From Eledone cirrhosa (Eukaryota), in NCBI GenBank assembly GCA_964016885.1, contig OZ024741.1:263934001-263998000 (forward strand): DNA of 64,000 bases, given 5' to 3'. Below, piece after piece: positions 44,372 to 57,400 of the stretch. The translations under genes and the position numbers were made by a program. Numbering within the stretch: position 1 is the stretch's first letter; every line of letters starts with the position of its first letter. A model generated the notes under the pieces. The model had not been told where the DNA came from. It saw nothing but the letters and a program-made list of their open reading frames with translations, and did no database searches.

Positions 44372-44528
44372 GGATATATATATATGTACGACGTATATAT
44401 GTATATACACAGAGTGGGTAAGGGAGACTGCATCAATGTGTATATATAAATATACACATTCTTAATATATAGACGTGTAAACATGCCAGAAATACGAATT
44501 TCCCTGTAAATTGAAAAAATGATAAACA

Positions 44529-44571
44529 CCATTAATCGATTTTCGGACCTGGTTGTGTTCTCATCAGAAGG
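44529..44571 (-). ncRNA. Minimal type I hammerhead motif (slightly degenerate)
   Basis: Minus strand cctt-CTGATGA-gaac acaaccag gtcc-GAAAA-tcga-TTA-atgg. Confidence 0.55.
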
Positions 44572-44689
44572 CGTGTATACCATCCAAACAACCCGAAACA
44601 CGCATTTGATGGGGTTATATACCTATTCGCTCTTAGTAGTATTCTGAGATGGCTGTACTTTTTTGCAGTTACCTCTGTTATGCGAGCCG

Positions 44690-45215
44690 CCAGTGAAGAT
44701 AGGAATCTCGCAGTCAGTAGCCCGACTCCCCAAATGTCTCGAACGTCACAGGCTGGAAAATGTAGTTAGCCGATAGATCACGGTATTTTAGGATTTTGTT
44801 CCGTTCGGTTGCGGAAGCTGTGGATCCCGCCCTAACCGCAGCATCCAGGATGTGGGAAGAAGAAAAAGAGTCACTAAAAATGACGTCCCAGATAAGGCAT
44901 CTGCCTCCCGATCAGGGGCACAGGTCTTTTCACATCACTTCTGGACAGCCCAGATGGTTACAAGATTGAGTGGATATTTGCCCAGGCCAAAGCTCTCTTG
45001 AGAATAAGGTTTAGCTCCATGTGATGCGTGAAGCGACCGGTATTCAGGCGGCAAGAAAGACCATGGAAGCCTGTGGAATCGAGGAGCATGCCACAATCGA
45101 CACCCCAGACCTGTACAGACATCGGCTCCCACTCTGAGGGCAATGGAGATTCGAAGTTCGTCCAAGCTGAGTAGACCACCAACGTTAGCCACGGGTAGGA
45201 CATCAACCCAGTCAG
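44690..45215 (-). mobile_element. CRE-type LINE zinc knuckle/RLE region, degenerate
   Basis: LLSLDELRISIALRVG, CG..LDSTGFHGLSC..GRFTHH, GRCLIWDV, KILKYRDL, FQPVTFETFG. Confidence 0.7.
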
Positions 45216-45294
45216 TGGTTAATTATTTTTACATATATTTCATTACTGCACTAGGGCTTGATTAACACAACCACAAGGATATGGTCCAATCGTG

Positions 45295-45465
45295 GAAGAG
45301 CCGAAATCCCACTGTCATCGCCTCCATCTCTCTCGCCCTCCCCATCTCTCCGTATGGTGAGCAAGCAAATGGGGATCCCACGTGCTGGCCTCCGCATAGC
45401 TCCGGCGGACAGAATGGAGAAGGCGTTTCCCCAGAGGATGGCAGGGAGATGCGCTGGACGTCCAT
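45295..45465 (-). mobile_element. CRE-type LINE 3' terminal fragment
   Basis: QRISLPSSGETPSPF region homologous to 27340-27470 and 36445-36580. Confidence 0.6.
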
Positions 45466-45875
45466 TTTAGTTCTTCTCGACAAATATGTGGTGACCCCTG
45501 TGCTAATGTAATGGAGGAAGATTATTTCACAGAGTTTCATATGTAAGAAAGAGTTTTGAGAAAGAAAAGACATGTATGTGACACTTCTCTTTTATAAATT
45601 TAAGGCATTGCATCTCTGTAAAAACCCCAAAGAAATCGATATCTTCAGAGACCAGCTGAAAAACTACATAGCAGAAATAGTAATGGTCGCTGATTGATTA
45701 TACTTGAAACAGTTGACCAATAGAAAAAAAAAAAGATTTAGAGGAAGAATCCAAGTATAAATCGATGTGTGAAATGATGCGGCAGACATTTCGCAAGAAC
45801 CGCTGACGTCACGTTGCAGTAGATATATAAAGCTACTTTTCTCATTCTGCGGGAGTTGAACATGTTTTAATAAGG

Positions 45876-47097
45876 ATGATCTGACACTGCTAAATATTAC
45901 ATTGTACTAACATGTCTTAGTATGATCTGACACTACTAAATATTACATTTTACTAACATCTCTTAGTATGATCTGACACTACTAAATATTACATTCTACT
46001 AACATGTCTTAGTATGATCTGACAATACTAAATATTACATTCTACTAACAAGTCTTAGTATGATCTGACACTACTAAATATTACATTGTACTAACATGTC
46101 TTAGTATGATCTGACACTACTAAATATTACATTCTACTAACATGTCTTAGTATGATCTGACACTACTAAATATTACATTCTACTGACATGTCTTAGTATG
46201 ATCTGACACTACTAAATATTACATTCTACTGACAAGTCTTAGTATGATCTGACACTACTAAATATTACATTCTACTGACAAGTCTTAGTATGATCTGACA
46301 CTACTAAATATTACATTGTACTGACAAGTCTTAGTATGATCTGACACTACTAAATATTACATTCTACTAACATGTCTTAGTATGATCTGACACTACTAAA
46401 TATTACATTCTACTGACAAGTCTTAGTATGATCTGACACTACTAAATATTACATTGTACTAACAAGTCTTAGTATGATCTGACACTACTAAATATTACAT
46501 TGTACTGACAAGTCTTAGTATGATCTGACACTACTAAATATTACATTCTACTAACATGTCTTAGTATGATCTGACACTACTAAATATTACATTGTACTAA
46601 CATCTCTTAGTATGGTCTGACAATACTAAATATTACATTCTACTAACAAGTCTTAGTATGATCTGACAATACTAAATATTACATTCTACTAACATGTCTT
46701 AGTATGTTCTGACACTAGTAAATATTATATTCTACTGACATGTCTTAGTATGATCTGACACTACTAAATATTACATTCTACTAACATGTCTTAGTATGAT
46801 CTGACACTACTAAATATTACATTGTACTAACAAGTCTTAGTATGATCTGACACCACTAAATATTACATTGTACTGACATGTCTTAGTATGATCTGACACT
46901 ACTAAATATTACATTGTACTAACATGTCTTAGTATGGTCTGACACTACTAAATATTACATTGTACTAACATCTCTTAGTATGGTCTGACAATACTAAATA
47001 TTACATTCTACTAACTTAGTATGGTCTGACACTAGTAAATATTACATTCTACTAACTTAGTATGGTCTGACACTAGTAAATATTACATTCTACTAAC
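45876..47097. repeat. 46-bp minisatellite, ~26 copies
   Basis: Unit atgatctgacactactaaatattacatt(c/g)tact(a/g)aca(t/a)gtcttagt. Confidence 0.95.
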
Positions 47098-47203
47098 AGG
47101 TACCAATGCTATTTTCTTCTTACTTTCATCTATTGTTTTATGAAATGGTTGAAGAAATATTTTGTTGTTTATAGATGAGATAGCTATAGAGAGATAGATA
47201 GAT

Positions 47204-49941
47204 TTCTTTATTTACCATAAAGGCATAAAAAGAAGGGACAAATACAAAGGGGGAGTTTACATATAATCGAGTAAAAAGGGTGTAACATGAAAATAATCGA
47301 AAATAACCTCAAAAGGGAGGGGACGTGATGGGGGTTGCACACACCCCCGAAAAAGTGTGCAATCCTTTGCCTGGGGAGCACATGGAGAAGGTGCTCCCCC
47401 CTCCTTTACTTCTTTACCTACAGGATGGTATACAGAGAAGGCCCATTTACACGAGCCATTCTCGCCACTATCACCCACCTTTCATAAAACTGCCTGTGGC
47501 CAAGCACCTCTCTCTCCATTCTTATCCTTCTTCCGAAGTGATATCGGAAAAAGTAGACCAGACTATGGCCAGAGAGGAAGTTGCCTGACCTCAGACCTTT
47601 CAATCGTGTCCACCAAACAACCTCTTTCAACATGGCTATTACGCACAGAAAAACCGCATTTGCTTCCTTTGTGAAGAGGGGAGGCGGTTTGATTGTCATC
47701 ACGGACTCGTCGGTCAATTTAATCGGCGCCACCCGCGACAGCAGTCGTTCGGCGTAGCCCCACAGATCAGCCACGCCCGGACATTGCACCAATGCGTGCG
47801 CAACGGTTTCTTCGTGACGCACGCATCTAGGGCAAATCTTTTTTGAGGGATCCCTGCCCGGGCGCCCGTGTCTGTAGAGCCTCTCTCGAACGGGTAGAGC
47901 CCCCCCGGTAGCACTGCCAGGCCAGTGACTTCTGGAAGTTGTCCATTGGTCCTGGGCCGAAAGTCCTACCGAACAGGCTGGCCAGTTCGTCTTCTTCCAT
48001 GTCCAGCGACTCTCCAAGGGTGTCATCGCCCCTGCTAGCCACCAGCCCTCTATAGAATGATGAGGTGGATTCTCCACCGATGGCCTGGCCCGCTTGCCAG
48101 AGAGCCCTGAGCGCCTGAGCACACTCAGTGTGCCAGTCTCCCAGTTTTCCGGATCTTTGCTTGACCCAGGACTGTAGCTCGGTGAGCGAGACGAGTCTCG
48201 GAAAGGCTCGTTTCACGAACGGAGCCCACACCGGTTGACCAGTGAGGAATACCTGTAGGTGCCGTAGCCTTAATGCGTGCCTACGCATCATCAACCACGG
48301 CATCCCCAGCCCTCCTTTCGAAGGTTGTTGGCAGCAGATGGATCTTCTCACCATAGGAGGACGCTTCTTCCAAAGAAATTGGAAGAGCATGCGTTCCATG
48401 GTGGTGAGTGTTTCCTTAGGGCAAGGCACGACAGTCAGGCGGTAGTAAGTGACGGACGCTATGTAAATGTTCGCCACCTCCGCCCGGCCTTTTAGGGACA
48501 GCTTACACTTGGCCCATTTCTGGGTTAGTGCAAACACCTTGTTCGTAACCTCGTTCCAGTTCTTTTCCACCTGGAGGTCCGGTCCAAACCAGACCCCAAG
48601 CAACTTTACCGGGCCCTCCGTCCAGTGTCCGACGACACCGTCAGGAGGCATCGGTCTGCCTCTCCACGTTCCGAGTTGCAGCCCGATGGATTTTTCCCGG
48701 TTCAGTTTCGCTCCTGACAACCTTTCGTACTCCTCCAGTAAGGTACCGATCGCCTCGATCTCCGAGTCGGTTGATACCATTACTGTTACGTCATCGGCGT
48801 AGGCCGACACCGCTTTGCTCAATCCTGGTTCCAGGGGGATACCCTGCAACAACTCCAACTTCCTCAGTAAAGGCTCGAGAGTCAATACGTACAGAAGGGA
48901 GGAGAGAGGGCACCCCTGTCGAATGGATCGTGTGATTTCGAACGGCTTCGAAAGGTAGCCATTCACCTTGATCCTAGAACAGATGTGGTTGCTATGTAGG
49001 GCAGTGATCCAGCCTCTGAAAACAGGACCGAACCCAGCCGCCGCTAGCACCGCATCCAGGTAACCATGGTCGACCCTATCGAAGGCCTTAGACTGATCCA
49101 AGTTGATCAGGGCCCCACCGAAGCCGGGTTTGTTGCCAACCCTCTCTATGATGTATCGCATGAGGTGGAGGTTATCGTGAATGGACCTGGATGGGATAGC
49201 ATATGTCTGCGCATCTCCCACCAGGCCACCCACGACAAGCGCCAACCTCTTTGCTAACACCTTGGCCAAAATCTTTAACTCTGTGTTTAGCAGGGTTATG
49301 GGCCGAAAATTATTTATACTATCCCCCTTGTTCTCGTCCTTCCTCACCAGCGTGACTACGCCCTTGGCTACAGAACAAGGAATTTTCCCGTTCTGCTGCC
49401 AATTGCAGTAGACTGCTTCGAGGAGTTCGGAGAAGAAGACCGGCATTGCTAAATAAAGTTCGTAAGGTATACCATCGAGACCTGGAGATTTGCGTCTGCT
49501 GCATTGGCTCAGCGCATCTCCGATCTCATCAGCCGAAATTGGTCCCTCGCAGGACTCTGCCTCTTCGTTCGAGAGACGCGGCAGGCCGTCGAGGTATGGA
49601 CCGAAATCCACGCCCCCGCTCGGACCCTCGCCTCCCCCGAACAATCGGGCAAAGTGCCTTTGAAAGGCCTCGCACATCTGCTTAGGCTCCCGGATCACCC
49701 GTCCATCTTCGTCTTGCAACGACCGGATGGTGGATCGATTTCCACTCTTAGCTTCTGTCACGCGGGCCCATCCAACGGCTTTGGCCCCCTCATTACCTAG
49801 AGCACGTATTTTACTTCGAATGACGCAGCCTTCGTGCTTTGCATCGAAAAACTGGTTCAAGGCCGTCCTCGATGCCAGCACTCTGGCCACATCTTCGCTC
49901 TTGATTGCCTCTTCTAATTTACCTGTTAATTCTTTCTCGTT
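47204..49941 (-). mobile_element. 5'-truncated Tx1/L1-clade LINE (RT, CCHC, 3'UTR) with 19-bp TSD
   Basis: KSPGLDGIPYELY, NFRPITLLNTELKIL, LDQSKAFDRVDH, RQGCPLS, AYADDV, CPRC..EETVAHALVQC. One frameshift near the C-run at ~47900. TSD tatagagagatagatagat at 47185-47203 and 49942-49960. Confidence 0.92.
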
Positions 49942-49960
49942 TATAGAGAGATAGATAGAT

Positions 49961-50394
49961 GGGGAGAGAGAGGGGAGAAAGAGGGGTGAGAGGGTGAAAG
50001 AGGGGAGAAAGGAGGAGAGAGTGGAGAGAGAGGGGAGAGAGAGGGATGAGAGAGGGAGATAAGGGAGATAGGGGGTGGTAGTGGGTGAGAGGGGGGTGAG
50101 AGAGGGGAGAGAGTGGATAGAGAAGGGAGAGAGAGGGGTGAGAGAGGGAGAGAGAGGAGATAGGGTGAGAGAGGGGGTGAGAGTGGAGAGAGATAGGGTG
50201 AGAGAGGGGGTGAGAGTGGAGAGAGAGTGGATGGAGAGGGGTGAGAGGGGGAGAGAGTGGGAGGGGTGAGAGAGGGAGAGAGTGGAGAGAAAGGGGCGAG
50301 AGTAGAGAGAGGGGGAGGGGGAGGGGAGAGAGGGAGGGTGAGAGGGGGGAGTGGATAGAGAGGAGAGAGAGGATAGAGAGAGGAGGGAGAGTGG

Positions 50395-50487
<93 letters not shown>
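49961..50487. repeat. Degenerate and pure (GA)n tract
   Basis: Direct reading; accounts for the S/L/P-rich N-terminal extension of ORF 47827-50535. Confidence 0.9.
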
Positions 50488-50490
<3 letters not shown>

Positions 50491-50870
50491 TGTATGAGAG
50501 AAGATTAAATCAATTGTATGTTCAAGATTGACCATGCTCCATTTTACTAAAATAAATCCTCATTATTTCATGCGAAATTTCAAACAATGTTTTCAATTCC
50601 TTCACCAAATTCCCATTTAATGAGTGATTTCCAGCGAGATGGAAGGTCCTTCTATCGATCTTTTCCCGAAATAATGTTTTCCAACATATAAAATAACAGT
50701 TTCAATGGATATTTACTCATGCTGGACTAGAGAAAGTACAATAGCATCGAATCAATAAAAATAGCCTTACACATTCAGTAAGTTATATCTAGACACAGAA
50801 ATAACAACACAATTGGTACAGTATATGGAAGGGATATATTAGGTTAACGCTTGATATAGCAGGAAGAGGG

Positions 50871-50906
50871 TCTTAACGTTTCGGGCGCTAATCTTTCATC
50901 AGAAGA
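50871..50906 (-). ncRNA. Minimal type I hammerhead motif
   Basis: Minus strand tctt-CTGATGA-aagattagcgccc-GAAAC-GTT-aaga with palindromic AACGTT; stem II is eroded. Confidence 0.55.
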
Positions 50907-51341
50907 AAGAATGGGAAATAAGATAGATTGAGGAGACGGGCGGGATGGAATTGGAAAAAAATGTCTTTAGATAAAAATAACAGGTCCATTCATGTTGACA
51001 TCTCTTGCAAAACTGTTGGTGCTGGCGTTTTGTGTATGATTTGTTTTTTTTAGAAAAGTGGATGATGGAGCGTGTCTACCTGAAATGGAAAAAAACCGTT
51101 TTGTAAAAAGAGCTATACTTGTGCACGAGCGTAAGCATGTGTGTGTATGTGTGTGTTATTATACGTCCGTACGAAGCTAAGAAGAAATGTGTGTGTATAT
51201 GTGAGTAAAAGAATGTGTGTGCATGTAAGTATGAAGCTATGAACAAAAGTATGTTAATATAAGGGTGTGTATATGTGTATACAGAGCAGTGAAGGGATAC
51301 GAAGATATTACATGCTCGCGCTGTAAAAACCTTTGTGCGTC

Positions 51342-51417
<76 letters not shown>

Positions 51418-52615
51418 ACAATATGGTTCAAATTATTGTCAAGACTGCAATGAAGATGAGAATTTATTTTTTATATTGTAGAATCATGCGTGGTAGAGCC
51501 AACAAATGCTAAAATCTGCTCTCAATACTGTTGTTATCAGCGGTTCAGTGATATCAACGAAATAAGATAAAAAAGAGAGAAATAAACTTCACCTCTAGGT
51601 AGCCATAAAAACATATATTGGTAAACAGGAGCTTGTTTATCAAAAACAAATGTTTGTATGCTAACACAATGTCGTTTGTCATCTCTATCATTATTACATT
51701 AATTCATAAGTGTATCGTCGTTGTATGTCTGTATTCAGTCATTTAAATTTAAGCATGGATTGTTTAGAAATACTTAAGTGTCTTTGTGTATGTGTGTGTG
51801 TGCATGCGTGTGCCTGCGTGTGTGTGTGGGTGTGTACATGCGTGTGCGTGTGTGTGCGTGTGTGCGTGCATGTGTGTGTGTATGTGTGCATATGCATGCG
51901 CGTGTGTATGCGTGTGTGTGTGTGTGTGCATGCGTGTGCGTGCGTGTGTGGGTGTGCATGTGTGTATATGTGTGTGCATACGTGTGTGTGTGTGCGTGTG
52001 TGTATGCGTGTGCATGTGTGTGCGTGCGCGTGTGTGTCTGTGTGGATGTGCATATGTGTGTATGCGTGTGCATACGCGCGTGTGTGTGTGTGTGCATATG
52101 CGTATGGGCGTGCGCGCGTGTCAAATAAGAGTGATGTAATTGTTCGGTAAACAAAAAATATCGTCATAAAAACTAATTGATTTTTCTTATATAAAACACA
52201 TTGTATCATATTGTTTTAAATCTGATCAGTTTGAATTCCTGGCGTGTTGGATTGCAAACATAAACCGGTTTTTCATCTTGTTAGACACGCAGTGCTTTCA
52301 CATAAATCTGCCATTTATTTTGAAATGTCGCATTTTGTTGGTCGAATGGTTCAAGAAGTAGGTTTTCCAATCACAAAACCGTGGTTTCAGTCTCTTTATC
52401 CTCTGTATGGCATCGTTAGCAAGTTTTTTAATCTGAAAACCTCGGGTCGGTGTAAGCCTTGTGAACGAAATTTGGTGGACAGAAACTGTTGGAAAACATG
52501 TCGGATGTATTATACCTGTCACTCAAAGGTTTTAAGTTTTCATCAGATACATGTAAAGTTGTGATGTTTTTGTTTTTGATATGCTGCTGTACTTGGGAAC
52601 GTGGTTGTAGTAGTC

Positions 52616-52673
<58 letters not shown>

Positions 52674-52714
52674 TAAATTAAAAAAGTGAGAACCGGGCTG
52701 TGTGGTTACCAATT

Positions 52715-52905
52715 GATGGTGGATTGGCAGTATCGGTAGAGGGTCGGACGCCATGCTTTGCAGCAAAGAGTTACGGCCCTTTATGGTCTGAGTTCAAATC
52801 TCGCCGAGGTTAACTTTGCCTTTCATCCTTACGGGGTCGATAAAATAAAGTACCAGTAAAATACTGGGATAATTGTTGGCCTTGTGCCAAAAGTAGAAAT
52901 AATTA
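52715..52905 (+). mobile_element. tRNA-derived SINE
   Basis: tggcagtatcggtagagggtcggacg...gagttcaaatctcgccgaggttaactttgcctttcatccttacggggtcgataaa. Confidence 0.8.
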
Positions 52906-52975
52906 TTTAGAAAACTGAATTGCCTTTGTGTTTGTGTTTTCGCTCACATTTTCTAAATAATTACCACCCTCCCAC

Positions 52976-53108
<133 letters not shown>

Positions 53109-53524
53109 TAAAAGAAATCTAAAACACTTTATGAAAAAAATTTACAATTGGATGAATAATGCATACCCTTATATGGACAAACCCCTGATGATACCTTCAG
53201 CAAACAGTCTGGGACTAGCTGTTGGGTCTTGACTTTTTATAATATATATATATATATATATGTATATATTATACACCCGCTCGAGCAATAGTATAACATC
53301 TAATTTTAAAGAATATGCGCTACTGACATTTCGCTTATATTCGTAAATGGGAACGGAAAGCTGTAATGAGCATTTTAGGAAATAATCTAATGTATATAAC
53401 AAATAAAATTAATGGTGGATTGATATAAAAATCTGATTACAAGCCACGTCTTACAAAATGGCTACTTAGATAGAACACAGAAATAATCAAAGGAAAACCA
53501 GAAAAAAACTATACATATATATAT

Positions 53525-54167
53525 ACTTTATTCATATGTAACCCATTTGCAACCACGCAGCGCGTTTATTCTCATATTTACACATATATTTTCCCCCGCT
53601 GTGACCCATCTATTTCGTTCTTACTGCTTCCTCTTTCTCTGTATCTTTACCCTCTCTAACAGTCACTCTCTCTGTTAGCCTCTTCCTCACCCTTCACTCA
53701 CTCATTCTCTGTTACTACCTCTCCTACTTCTTCCTGTTTGACCTGTGCGTAATTCTTTTCTCTCGCACGCTTGGCCAGGCCGGTTCCCTTTTTTCTCTCT
53801 CTCGTCTACGATTTCACAGAACTTATGTTCACCGAATTCACGGACTGGACTCCTTCTTCCTCCCGTTTGACCTGTACGGAATTCCTTCCTTGCTCACATT
53901 TCAACCAGGTTTGATGGTCTTTATTCTCTCTCGTTCACGATTTCACCGAATTATATTCATGGAAATTTGGGACTTGACTCGTTCTTCCTCATTTTTCGTT
54001 GCTTTACCATCTTTGTTTGTTTACACTCTCGCTGTTCCCTTTATTTACGTGTCCCAACGACTTACTTTAGCCGTTGCTCGCACCAACCGGAGATATATGG
54101 TCTTTAAAGCGATGAAATACCGATGATGGTTGGAAGATCACTGATGAAGGACTAACTTTATTCATAT
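53525..54167 (+). mobile_element. ~630-bp element in (TA)n with 13-bp terminal direct repeat and an HHR core half
   Basis: actttattcatat at 53525 and 54155; CTGATGAaggac at 54141. Confidence 0.45.
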
Positions 54168-54172
54168 ATATA

Positions 54173-54241
<69 letters not shown>

Positions 54242-54280
54242 TATATACATATATATGTATAATATTTATATATATATATA

Positions 54281-54314
<34 letters not shown>

Positions 54315-54394
54315 TTAAATATATATATACTTAAATATATACTTAAATATATACTTAGATATATATATATATACTTAAATATGTTTATATTTAA

Positions 54395-54465
<71 letters not shown>

Positions 54466-54471
<6 letters not shown>

Positions 54472-57400
54472 TTTACATTCATTTAAATTATTGACGTATT
54501 GTTTTATTGATATTTTTTATCTGTTTGGCCCGAATCTTCCTTTATCGATTTTAAATCGTATGGTTGATTGTAGACTTGTTCTATATGTGACGGTATTTTA
54601 ACGATAGTTATAGCTCTGATTCATCTGAATTATTGAGCCCTCTGCCGCTCATATCGGATTTCGTTTTTCGTTAACTCGTGCGCCGATTTTTCGATACTCG
54701 ATCTTTCTAATATATTTAGCTCTGGACATAGCTATCCACCAGTTAATTTTATTGCTCATATTTTGTCGATTCTATTGAGTGATGAATAGCTTTTGTTTTA
54801 TTTTAACATGTCTATTGAGCACTCTAATTCGATATGTGTATTTCCATATTCACTCGAATTATTTTCGCGGATATAGGGGTCATCTCCCTTGTCTAATGCC
54901 ATGTGCGTTTTTCACCGCTAGTTGACTCCTTTGCCGCCAGGATAAAACTCGTTGACAACGTAAATTCCTTTCCACTTATTCTAGTAGGCTTTTATATTTA
55001 TATGTGAGCTGATAGAGTACTGTCTTAGGATTTACAGAAACCCATGAAGCTAGATTTAACACCTTTCTAGTGGGTCCGGGTATGATTTTACATTCATTTA
55101 AATTATTGACGTATTGTTTTATTGATATTTTTTATCTGTTTGGCCCGAATCTTCCTTTATCGATTTTAAATCGTATGGTTGATTGTAGACTTGTTCTATA
55201 TGTGACGGTATTTTAACGATAGTTATAGCTCTGATTCATCTGAATTATTGAGCCCTCTGCCGCTCATATCGGATTTCGTTTTTCGTTAACTCGTGCGCCG
55301 ATTTTTCGATACTCGATCTTTCTAATATATTTAGCTCTGGACATAGCTATCCACCAGTTAATTTTATTGCTCATATTTTGTCGATTCTATTGAGTGATGA
55401 ATAGCTTTTGTTTTATTTTAACATGTCTATTGAGCACTCTAATTCGATATGTGTATTTCCATATTCACTCGAATTATTTTCGCGGATATAGGGGTCATCT
55501 CCCTTGTCTAATGCCATGTGCGTTTTTCACCGCTAGTTGACTCCTTTGCCGCCAGGATAAAACTCGTTGACAACGTAAATTCCTTTCCACTTATTCTAGT
55601 AGGCTTTTATATTTATATGTGAGCTGATAGAGTACTGTCTTAGGATTTACAGAAACCCATGAAGCTAGATTTAACACCTTTCTAGTGGGTCCGGGTATGA
55701 TTTTACATTCATTTAAATTATTGACGTATTGTTTTATTGATATTTTTTATCTGTTTGGCCCGAATCTTCCTTTATCGATTTTAAATCGTATGGTTGATTG
55801 TAGACTTGTTCTATATGTGACGGTATTTTAACGATAGTTATAGCTCTGATTCATCTGAATTATTGAGCCCTCTGCCGCTCATATCGGATTTCGTTTTTCG
55901 TTAACTCGTGCGCCGATTTTTCGATACTCGATCTTTCTAATATATTTAGCTCTGGACATAGCTATCCACCAGTTAATTTTATTGCTCATATTTTGTCGAT
56001 TCTATTGAGTGATGAATAGCTTTTGTTTTATTTTAACATGTCTATTGAGCACTCTAATTCGATATGTGTATTTCCATATTCACTCGAATTATTTTCGCGG
56101 ATATAGGGGTCATCTCCCTTGTCTAATGCCATGTGCGTTTTTCACCGCTAGTTGACTCCTTTGCCGCCAGGATAAAACTCGTTGACAACGTAAATTCCTT
56201 TCCACTTATTCTAGTAGGCTTTTATATTTATATGTGAGCTGATAGAGTACTGTCTTAGGATTTACAGAAACCCATGAAGCTAGATTTAACACCTTTCTAG
56301 TGGGTCCGGGTATGATTTTACATTCATTTAAATTATTGACGTATTGTTTTATTGATATTTTTTATCTGTTTGGCCCGAATCTTCCTTTATCGATTTTAAA
56401 TCGTATGGTTGATTGTAGACTTGTTCTATATGTGACGGTATTTTAACGATAGTTATAGCTCTGATTCATCTGAATTATTGAGCCCTCTGCCGCTCATATC
56501 GGATTTCGTTTTTCGTTAACTCGTGCGCCGATTTTTCGATACTCGATCTTTCTAATATATTTAGCTCTGGACATAGCTATCCACCAGTTAATTTTATTGC
56601 TCATATTTTGTCGATTCTATTGAGTGATGAATAGCTTTTGTTTTATTTTAACATGTCTATTGAGCACTCTAATTCGATATGTGTATTTCCATATTCACTC
56701 GAATTATTTTCGCGGATATAGGGGTCATCTCCCTTGTCTAATGCCATGTGCGTTTTTCACCGCTAGTTGACTCCTTTGCCGCCAGGATAAAACTCGTTGA
56801 CAACGTAAATTCCTTTCCACTTATTCTAGTAGGCTTTTATATTTATATGTGAGCTGATAGAGTACTGTCTTAGGATTTACAGAAACCCATGAAGCTAGAT
56901 TTAACACCTTTCTAGTGGGTCCGGGTATGATTTTACATTCATTTAAATTATTGACGTATTGTTTTATTGATATTTTTTATCTGTTTGGCCCGAATCTTCC
57001 TTTATCGATTTTAAATCGTATGGTTGATTGTAGACTTGTTCTATATGTGACGGTATTTTAACGATAGTTATAGCTCTGATTCATCTGAATTATTGAGCCC
57101 TCTGCCGCTCATATCGGATTTCGTTTTTCGTTAACTCGTGCGCCGATTTTTCGATACTCGATCTTTCTAATATATTTAGCTCTGGACATAGCTATCCACC
57201 AGTTAATTTTATTGCTCATATTTTGTCGATTCTATTGAGTGATGAATAGCTTTTGTTTTATTTTAACATGTCTATTGAGCACTCTAATTCGATATGTGTA
57301 TTTCCATATTCACTCGAATTATTTTCGCGGATATAGGGGTCATCTCCCTTGTCTAATGCCATGTGCGTTTTTCACCGCTAGTTGACTCCTTTGCCGCCAG

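Noticed and set aside
45876-47097. CRISPR-like regular repeat
   Set aside because: Head-to-tail 46-bp units with no unique spacers, eukaryotic context and no cas genes
49942-50535. N-terminal 200 aa of the 902-aa ORF
   Set aside because: Lies outside the TSD-defined element in a (GA)n tract; fortuitous read-through
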